Made by a program: the position numbers and the translations under genes. From Balanoglossus misakiensis (Eukaryota; Animalia; Hemichordata): a stretch of 64,000 nucleotides of DNA. The stretch is from NCBI GenBank assembly GCA_040954595.2, contig CM082579.2, positions 1,127,808 to 1,191,807 on the forward strand, in the 5' to 3' direction. Shown in pieces: positions 54,826-64,000 of this stretch. Every line of letters starts with the position of its first letter. The first letter of the stretch is position 1. The notes below the pieces were generated by a model that saw only the letters and a list, made by a program, of their open reading frames with translations, searched no databases and was not told the origin of the DNA.

Positions 54826-55854
54826 AGTGGTGTGTGCGGGGCTTCCGGAGTTCCCGTGCTCTAAACCACCAGCAACGTGTGCATGCATGTTGGTCCGCAG
54901 ACTTTACCACGGACGGACCCCTGTGGCGCCCTCTAGTCCTCGTGTAAATGTCTGTCAACAATCCAGTTGAGCATTTCAGACTCACATACTACTATATACG
55001 TATTAGGATATACAACTATATGTTGTGTTAATTGTACCATAGACAGTAGAGGGAAGATATTATACTGTATTGTTAGGTGTTACTATGAATTCAACGATGT
55101 ATTCCTGAGTTTAGACATTGGAATATGTGTGGCATCGCCGACCATGACCGTTGTCCGCCATGGGTAGCACAAGTTTGAGTTGTGCTTTTGTTTTTTTCAT
55201 GGTTGATGGCGCTGTTGAAAATGAAGGACACCTGCTTGTGGGTCATGTCATATTTCTTTCTTTTACTTTCGATACTTTTATTTTGACAGCCATTCACTGT
55301 CAATTCAAGTAATTAAAGAATGCAAAGCGAGAGTCTTTGAATTACTGAATTTTACATTAGCTTTGGAGGCGTGAAAATGTCATCGGATATGTACATACAT
55401 CCTGGACATACATACATGTATAATGATCTGAGCACATAATAAGCAGAACATTTCATGACAAAACGAAACTCATATTGTACATTGCATTCTGGGTAGAAAA
55501 GGTCAGGCACGATTGACGCAGCAGTATAATGTGGAGGGGAATTCCCCCTTCTCAGTTCCTGGTATTTCTATTCACGTGATACTTGTTTGTGATCTTGCAG
55601 GGGAGTAGACGTTTATGCACGTACGTGGTGATGGTACACTGAGTATAGAAGAGGGAAGTTCGTCTGAAGATTACTGTATTCGAGTTCGGAAGTGAGTTAC
55701 AAGACTATTCGCGTTTAAACTGTAGTTGACAGGGCCACTTAGTGACAAGAGTATTCGCCCATATCAGATTGTATCTATATACGCATTGATACGTGACCGG
55801 GCATCACAGCAGGTTATAATTATATTCAGTTCAGCCCTGTATGTTAATTAATAT

Positions 55855-55911
55855 GTTGTTGTTGTTGTTGTTGTTGTGGTGGTGTTGTTGTTGTTGTTGG
55901 TGGTGGTGGTT
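55855..55911. repeat. (GTT)n/(GGT)n microsatellite
   Basis: Directly visible. Confidence 0.92.
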
Positions 55912-56618
55912 CAAACTCCATGCTGGACTTGCAACATAGCTCAACTCTTTCTGTATCATGACGAGGTTTTAAACACAGAGAGAATGAAACAAGCATAGAT
56001 AAATCAGTGGTTTCACTTTGCTATGTTGCTGTGTTGGCCATATTGGTCTATAGATATTTATTCAATACACAGGTGGACATTGGCCAACAACTTGTAATCA
56101 ATCAGAATTGGCTTTAGGCTAGCATTGACCAAAATCCTGAGTTAAGCATTGATCCACATAAGCATCATACTCCCAGACTGGGCACTTTTATAAGGAGGTC
56201 AAAGTTTGTTGTTAAGATTCATTTCCGGGTGGTTTGAACTCTGGCAAATGATTAACGAAGTGTTTGTCGTTTTCTGTATGTACATGAATCACTGATGGTC
56301 CTATGACAAAAGTAGCCCTGCTAAATTGCTGTCGTTGAGAGGTCAACAGAGTTTTAGATCTACAGGTAGTCAACAAGAGAACGGGCGAAATTTTTATTTT
56401 AAGGAGAACGCAAAGCTGCGTATTCTTTTCAGAATGGCAACATTTTTTGACTTCCCAACAGGTGACTTTCGTTCAAGATTTTTTGACAACATTGCGGTCA
56501 TATATGGTGCATAGATTATGTTTCAGAAGCTTGATGATGTGATTTGAATAAGTAACTTTTATTAAGGAAAGTAGAATTCTCCTGTCATTGTTTGTAGGAC
56601 CTCAAAAACCACTCAATT

Positions 56619-59600
56619 ATGGGGAACGAGATTTCACATCAAGAAAGCGGATCATCTGCAGAGTTGTTGGAAGCATTGCGCGCCATCTTGAATCACGAGG
56701 ACCAATCAGCTGTCAGCACAACTCAAGAAGATCACGCGTGGGATCCCGATGACGCTTCCGACAATTTCATCGTCCTTTCCGACAAAGTCACCGCCAGGCG
56801 GGGAGAGCAGACCAATCGAACGGACCTGATAAGGGGAAAGAAAGCTTATATCAGTGGTACTCACGTCTTTGAAATTTACTGGCCGACGGATGAAAGAGGT
56901 AGCCACGCGATGGTGGGAATAGCGACTCCAAACGCACCTAAGAGCTGTGTCGGTTATTCATACCTTTTGGGAACAACTGCCGACTCTTGGGGATGGAGTC
57001 TGGTCGACAGGAAACTGGTGCACGATGGATTTGAATATGGGGTATATCCAAAAAACAAATCCAACTACCAAGTCCCTGATACGTTTTATGTTATATTGAA
57101 TGCCGACGATGGCACAGTTAGGTAAGAAATACTTTCCGTGTGCTTGAAAGATCCTGATGATTTGATTCTCCGACTACGAGGGCAGAATTCATGACAGATC
57201 CATGTGTTTGTTGACATTTGTAGAATTAAAGCTGACGACGAGGATCTCGGTGTAGCGTTCACAGATTTGCCACATCAAAACCCATTGAAGCCGCTTTGCA
57301 TTAGTGCATGTGCTACCTGTGCCAATGGCGATGTCAGGATGAAATATATAGGAAGTACAGGTACGTTTGATTGAAGGGCTTTGCTGAAGAAATGAAGCCT
57401 GTGGATCGGTAAACGTTCGCGCAATCGCTGTCCCTAAGACTGTAGCAACTGTAACGCGTACCAAGAACACTAATTCTTAAAATAATACCAACCAATAAAT
57501 AATAATTTCTTGGTATACAAAAACAGAATTTATGTACCAATTTGAGAGTTGGGAAGAAATCATAATAATTACGTTATATTTTTGGTTTCAGGAGGAATTT
57601 CACAGCTGTCCCCAAGTGGTGAACAGATCGTGTCGGTTCCACCTCCTTCAGGGAGCAGTTACTACACATTCCATACTCGATGTGGTGATAGTGTTGAGGT
57701 GATGGACAGCGGAAGAATCGCTCGTCGAAAAAAGTGAGTAGGCCTATATTTTTAAAAATGAATATGACTATCTTTATTTTATTGTCAACTTAAAACAAAT
57801 TGAAATTGTAAGATTACAAGAGCGCAGTGTTTGTCTAATTGAAGCTTGTTAACGCAGTTTGACGTCGTTCAATTAATTTTAAAATTTATTTCTCTTAAAA
57901 GCGCAAGGGATTCCTTTAACGACGGCGTGGTTTTGACTAGACAAGCTCTGAAGAACAACGTGCGTTTTCAAGTCAGACTGGACACGAAGGTATCACGTTG
58001 GAGTGGAAGTATGGAGATTGGATTTACATCCAACACTCCCGACAGTCTACGCTTTCCTAGTACCATGACCGAATGCACTGATGGTGTGACATTGATGTGG
58101 TCTGGAACTAACGTTTTTAAAAACGGTGAAAAGGTGTCTGAACTTGATGTGGACCTCGATGACTGCACGGTAAGTGTTCCTTGCACGAGTAATACGTTGT
58201 ATACTCTTCATGTTTGTGAACCCATCAAAACAGTAATTTAAACCCAACCGAATTTCTTGTGATTAAAGGTTGGAGATACTGTTGGACTGGAGAGAAAGGA
58301 AGACGGTTCAATTCACTTCTTCTTCAATGGAAAAACTCTTGATAAAGCAGTTAGATTGAAGAGCAACCCGGAAGTGGCCTATGGTGTTGTTGATATCTAC
58401 GGACAAGCCGAAAGGATAACCATTTGTGGTGAGTGTAAATAATTCACTTTCATGACCACATGACAACAGTGCAAAATGTTGCTTGAAAAATAGTCACTTT
58501 TGTAATTCAGCTGACTTCAGCTGCAATTGTAGAGTTATTTGAAGACGTGTTAGCCAACCAGATGGATTCTTACAAAGGGAAGTACGAGGATGTAATGTCA
58601 TGTAGGTGTCACGATATTCCTGCACGTCTGAAAGGTGGAAAGGCTGGTTGAAAGAAACACAATTTATACCGCCCTATTTACGGATAATATGGAAATGACA
58701 TGATTATTTTCAGAGAGCGATGCGGCGAAAGACAAAGTAAAATCCGACATAAGCGGAACCGATCCGAATGCAATCATGTTCCAAATGAGAGAAACCGTAG
58801 AATACATGAAGGGAAGTGACGTTGACGTTTTAATCGCCGTGCAGAAAGTGTTTGAAACCATAATTGTCCCATTCGACAGTACTGACAACGAACGACTCCA
58901 TCAACGCTTTGGAGATCACCTAGCAAACCTTGGCGGGGGATACCAACTGACGAAGTTGCTTCAACGTCTTCAAGACATGGGGGAAATGAGACCAACAGAA
59001 GCAACTTGGGCTGGGATAACCGTGATAAGAGAAGTGTGCTTGAATTACTCTGATGACAGCCTGAAATTATGCAAACAATTTGGCCAGTCGGGGCTTCTGG
59101 AACTTCTGCTGAAAGACATTGATAGGTTTGGACCTTCCAAATTAATAAATGAGGTAAGCATTATGCAACATCGAGTTTGTAAAAGATGAGGGCGGGCACT
59201 TTTGCAATCTGTTATCCTTATTTAGATTGTGAGCAAACTGTTTTCTTCTGGATATTATTTTAACAAGCAAATTTAATGTTTAGCCTATTATCTAGCCAGC
59301 ACAGTTACTAGGCTGTTACTAGGCTTCCAATTACTCATTGGAAGATGGACGAACATCAATAATAATAAATAGCTCTTTATGAATTTATTTATGCCTTTTT
59401 CGTCATATACAGAAAAGACGATCTCTTGTTAGGTCTTCACTTATTGTCCTTAACAACTGTGCCAAAGCAACTGAGAACAAACAAGTTTTCCACGACATAC
59501 GTGCCATTGAAAGAATATCACCGTACTTGAAGTCGACGGACATGGCCTTGGCAACGGTAGCAATATTGACGCTGTCTTACATTGTTGAAGACCATAAAGG

Positions 59601-61632
59601 CGCGCTTTTGGAGGCAGACGACAATCTGATCAGGTACACCCTCGGTATACTAAAGGAGGCAGTTGCCGCCGAAAACCTGAAGGGCGTAGCAGATGGTACC
59701 CGGTACTCGGCACTGGAACTCACCACAGGGCTCGGTAACATAGCGGTGAATGGCAAAAACAAAGCCTTGATCGTTGATTTGGGCGGAGTACCACTTCTAG
59801 TGGACCTGATGAAGAGAGATCGATCTGACTTACAGGAATCTGCAGCCAACGCTTTGTGGATCTTGGCAGAGTTGGAGAGAAACAAGAGTAAAATATCTTC
59901 CGTGCCAGGTGCCATCCAAACGCTGACTTCACTATCCAAAAGCGGGAACACTGCAGTCAGACAAGCAGCCGAGAGAGCATTGATGCGAATCAAAGCCACC
60001 AGTAAAGGCCAAGTTCTTGGTGATTATATCATTAAACTTGTGTAAACCAATCTCTCGAAAATTGAAATTTAAATATTCATGTGTTATATGTTTTTTACTA
60101 TACTTGCATTGACCACCCTTTGTGTTCAATCTTGTTATATGTAAATGCATTTTCAATCAATGGTGATTTTTTTATGTTTGTAGGTATAGGCAAGACAGCA
60201 CCCGTTTCAAGTGAGAAATGCTCTTATAAGGATCTGTGTATGAAGTTCAAAAACACCTTGGGATTATCAGGTTTGTTTATATCGTGCTTTGGATCGTATA
60301 AAAATAACAACAAGCAGAGACCAAAACCATTCTTCTGCTTGGAACTCTTTTCATTCGTTGAATTAACTACTTGCCACTTGTGTAGTATTTTTCAATCGAA
60401 CATTTCTTTGCAGATGCATATTTTGACCCAAATTACGACATGTGTTATTGTACCAGTTGCCATGGTAGCCGGGGAGACGGACTTTACTACGCCAGAGGTC
60501 AACCATCTAAACATTACGGTGTACCAATGGGATGGTGCCGTTTTGCTCTCAAGTAAGAATTAGGTTTTTAGAAATGAGACTCATACACATAGATAGAAAA
60601 TTGACAATTTATGATATAACTGAATGTGTCAAATCATTAACAATATCTGACAAATTATCTTACGGTGTTATTCTTACTGAGTTATCTTGCATTTACAGGA
60701 CGCCACCAAAGGCCCAAGCATTGAATGTATTTCAGAAGTGGCACGTGGCATTCCACGGCACCAGACACGAAGCAGTTAAACCGATTCTAGAAACAGGAGA
60801 ACTTTTGATGCCAGGTTTGTAGCTATGATTCTTCTGAAAGACGCGAGACGATTCTGAAAATACGGTGACGGTAAATCTTAGCCCACTGTTTACACACAGG
60901 GCTTTTTTGCATATTTAATGTGTGTAATTAGCGGCTAACCACTATTGCATAATATCATGGAACTTGCTAGAGCTTTTGTTGTCACGTATTTGAGACAGCT
61001 GACAGTACTACGAGCATTGGAGGTACCAGAAAGGCAGCTGTCATGGTTCCATGCAACGAGACAGTTGTACGTCATGCAGCATCTATTTTCTTTTGCAGGT
61101 GATATCCGTATGGGAGGGATAAAACTCAGTGAATGTCCAGGCCATTTTACTGATGACCACAAACCCAAAGACTTCGACACCAAACAACTGTTTCTCTCTC
61201 CAAGTATTAGATATTCTGGTTGTGATGTTTATGCTCCGACTAGCAGGTGAGTACGTGTATTGGGAATGTTGAAGTTCACTTAATATGTTGTGTTTAACGA
61301 TCCAATATGGTAGCCATTTTGTGATTGATGACCTTCTCATGCCATGTGTCATTACTGATTCCGTTCCAACATGATTGTCCTCTAGTGTTTCAAAATAACA
61401 TTGATGATGACTTGTTTTTTTTTGTAGTTTCACTGATCCGTCGGTCAAAAAGACCCGTGAAGCCAGAGTAGCTTTTCAAGTGTGCATAAATCCAAACAGT
61501 TACAAAGTTGGACCAGAGACCATCGGCGCCACGTCAGAAATCGACCCGAAGTTCAGCAATCAAGAAATCGAATGGTTCACCAAAGAACGTGGAGCTGTGA
61601 TTCCATATGGCCTTCTCATCAAAGTCGAGTAA
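56619..61632 (+). CDS. Neuralized-like multidomain protein (about 983 aa): SPRY + NHR + ARM repeats + NEURL4-type ART-fold C-terminal domain
   Basis: Exons 56619-57121, 57224-57360, 57592-57733, 57902-58169, 58269-58428, 58714-59153, 59413-60019, 60184-60270, 60414-60552, 60699-60814, 61099-61246, 61428-61632 (TAA); 2952 nt, GT-AG, consistent phases. SPRY (SPSB-like): TDLIRGKK..GTHVFEIYWP..RGSHAMVGIAT..SWGWSL. NHR: FHTRCG..SFNDGVVLT..WSGSMEIG..GDTVGL..YGVVDIYG. ARM: GLGNIAVNGKNK..GGVPLLV..QESAANALWILA. C-terminus: CYCTSCH..PMGWCRF..WHVAFHGT..FLSPSIRYS..AFQVCINP.SY..EIEW. An acceptor at 56597 implies an upstream non-coding exon. Confidence 0.85.
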
Positions 61633-62370
61633 GTGTGTACCGGTGGAACTTTTACACTCTACGGCAACTGGGATTTCGGGAGAAGGTGTTTGCACTGGCG
61701 TCTGTCTGGCATGACAGTTTAATTCCCCCGATCGTCCAGTCATCAATGCATGGATTTGCATAAAGGAACGCCCACTCCAACAAAATGTATTTTAATCTTC
61801 AACTACAACTGGAACAGTGTTTAACCAGTATCATATAGTGTGTTCCTTACTCGAATTATAATAACATAAGCTTACATGTATCTCGATATAGCTAGGATTC
61901 AGGGTACCATATTCTAATCCCTAAGCGATTTACAAATCACGTATATCCACGTATATTTCAAAACAACTCTGAAACTAGCGAGATTGTTGATCAATGTATC
62001 ACTTCTTGATTGTTCAGGCTTCAAATATTGTAATGCTGTGGACTCACCGTGGTAAAGATGTATTATGCGATCTCTCTCTCGCTCGCTCGCTCTCTGTAGC
62101 AGAGTATGTATTTTTTATGATTTTGCTGACAATATGTCAATATGTTATATCGTTCCATGATGGACATTTGAATCAGAGTATTTTTTTCTGATACTCTATT
62201 TCAAAATTTAATAGCAACGAAAGAATTGTTATGAATTTACACATGATAAAATAAAAATAAGAGGGAGGTTTTGTTACAATTTCTCCCCCGAAAACCTTTC
62301 TGTATATGGAGTTTCTTATTTCGTTATATTATCTTACTAAGCTCTCTGGGCGAGCTTTCCATGGCTGAAA

Positions 62371-62600
62371 AATGACCAAAATGTCAAAATCAACAAAGTT
62401 CGCAAATTCGAAACATTTTCATCTGTTGACACATTTCATGAGCTATAATGTCCAAATTGACAAAATCAACAAAGTTCGCAAATTCGAAACATTTTCATCT
62501 GTTGACACTTTTCATGAGCTATAATGTCCAAATTGACAAAATCAACAAAGTTCGCAAATTCGAAAAATTTTCATCTGTTGACACTTTTCATCAGCTACAA
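62371..62600. repeat. Three copies of a 76-bp tandem repeat related to the downstream satellite
   Basis: caacaaagttcgcaaattcgaaa recurs at 62391, 62467 and 62543. Confidence 0.9.
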
Positions 62601-62609
62601 CACATGAAA

Positions 62610-64000
62610 ATTTCAAAAAATGAAAAATTTCGAAAATTCGCAAAGTCGAAAAATCGTCGATTTTTCACGATTTTCCTGAGCTATAACCCATGATTTTTTC
62701 AAAAAATGACCAAATTTCGAAAATTCGCAAAGTCGAAAAATCGTCGATTTTTCACGATTTTCCTGAGCTATAACCCATGATTTTTTTCAAAAAATGACCA
62801 AATTTCGAAAATTCGCAAAGTCGAAAAATCGTCGATTTTTCACGATTTTCCTGAGCTATAACCCATGATTTTTTCAAAAAATGACCAAATTTCGAAAGTT
62901 CGCAAAGTCGAAAAATCGTCGATTTTTCACGATTTTCCTGAGCTATAACCCATGATTTTTTCAAAAAATGACCGAATTTCGAAAGTTCGCAAAGTCGAAA
63001 AATCGTCGATTTTTCACGATTTTCCTGAGCTATAACCCATGATTTTTTCAAAAAATGACCAAATTTCGAAAGTTCGCAAAGTCGAAAAATCGTCGATTTT
63101 TCACGATTTTCCTGAGCTATAACCCATGATTTTTTCAAAAAATGACCAAATTTCGAAAGTTCGCAAAGTCGAAAAATCGTCGATTTTTCACGATTTTCCT
63201 GAGCTATAACCCATGATTTTTTCAAAAAATGACCAAATTTCGAAAGTTCGCAAAGTCGAAAAATCGTCGATTTTTCACGATTTTCCTGAGCTATAACCCA
63301 TGATTTTTTCAAAAAATGACCAAATTTCGAAAGTTCGCAAAGTCGAAAAATCGTCGATTTTTCACGATTTTCCTGAGCTATAACCCATGATTTTTTCAAA
63401 AAATGACCAAATTTCGAAAGTTCGCAAAGTCGAAAAATCGTCGATTTTTCACGATTTTCCTGAGCTATAACCCATGATTTTTTCAAAAAATGACCAAATT
63501 TCGAAAGTTCGCAAAGTCGAAAAATCATCGATTTTTCACGATTTTCCTGAGCTATAACCCATGATTTTTTCAAAAAATGACCAAATTTCGAAAGTTCGCA
63601 AAGTCGAAAAATCGTCGATTTTTCACGATTTTCCTGAGCTATAACCCATGATTTTTTCAAAAAATGACCAAATTTCGAAAGTTCGCAAAGTCGAAAAATC
63701 GTCGATTTTTCACGATTTTCCTGAGCTATAACCCATGATTTTTTCAAAAAATGACCAAATTTCGAAAGTTCGCAAAGTCGAAAAATCGTCGATTTTTCAC
63801 GATTTTCCTGAGCTATAACCCATGATTTTTTCAAAAAATGACCAAATTTCGAAAATTCGCAAAGTCGAAAAATCGTCGATTTTTCACGATTTTCCTGAGC
63901 TATAACCCATGATTTTTTCAAAAAATGACCAAATTTCGAAAATTCGCAAAGTCGAAAAATCGTCGATTTTTCACGATTTTCCTGAGCTATAACCCATGAT
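62610..64000. repeat. 87-bp tandem satellite array (about 16 copies, runs off the window end)
   Basis: Unit gatttttcacgattttcctgagctataacccatgattttttcaaaaaatgaccaaatttcgaaa(g/a)ttcgcaaagtcgaaaaatcgtc in near-identical copies. This explains the 29-aa periodic ORF at 62752-63921. Confidence 0.97.

Noticed and set aside
59577-59999. 140-aa antisense ORF
   Set aside because: It is the shadow frame of the ARM-encoding exon on the plus strand.
56619-61632. Calling this gene the NEURL4 or SPSB ortholog
   Set aside because: It has only one NHR plus extra SPRY and ARM domains and no SOCS box, so orthology cannot be claimed without a phylogeny.
62752-63921. 389-aa ORF with 29-aa repeats
   Set aside because: It is a by-product of an 87-bp (3n) satellite unit lacking a stop codon in one frame, and a 1-bp indel copy breaks it.
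62371-64000. CRISPR-like array
   Set aside because: There are no unique spacers, the units are pure tandem repeats, the context is eukaryotic and there are no cas genes.

Overview
Eukaryotic (metazoan) genomic DNA with spliceosomal introns. It is most likely from an invertebrate deuterostome such as a hemichordate; this is inference from gene content and is not proven. I reconstructed four spliced protein-coding genes by hand. (1) A MICU2/3-type mitochondrial calcium uptake EF-hand gene on the minus strand (CDS 38170->1699, at least 13 exons, about 415 aa). It has a 23.4 kb first intron, an AT-AC U12-type minor intron and candidate micro-exons. (2) An FGF9/16/20-like gene on the plus strand (40525-45487), head-to-head with MICU, carrying a long Lys/Arg insertion. 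(3) A second FGF9/16/20-like paralog on the minus strand (54825->52083), convergent with the first. (4) A 12-exon gene of about 983 aa (56619-61632) with an unusual architecture: myristoylation motif, SPRY, NHR/neuralized, ARM repeats and a NEURL4-type ADP-ribosyltransferase-fold C-terminus. The window ends in an 87-bp satellite array preceded by related 76-bp units. It also contains MITE-like elements, a tRNA-derived element, hairpins/palindromes and microsatellites. Most ORFs in the supplied track are spurious or are exon fragments.
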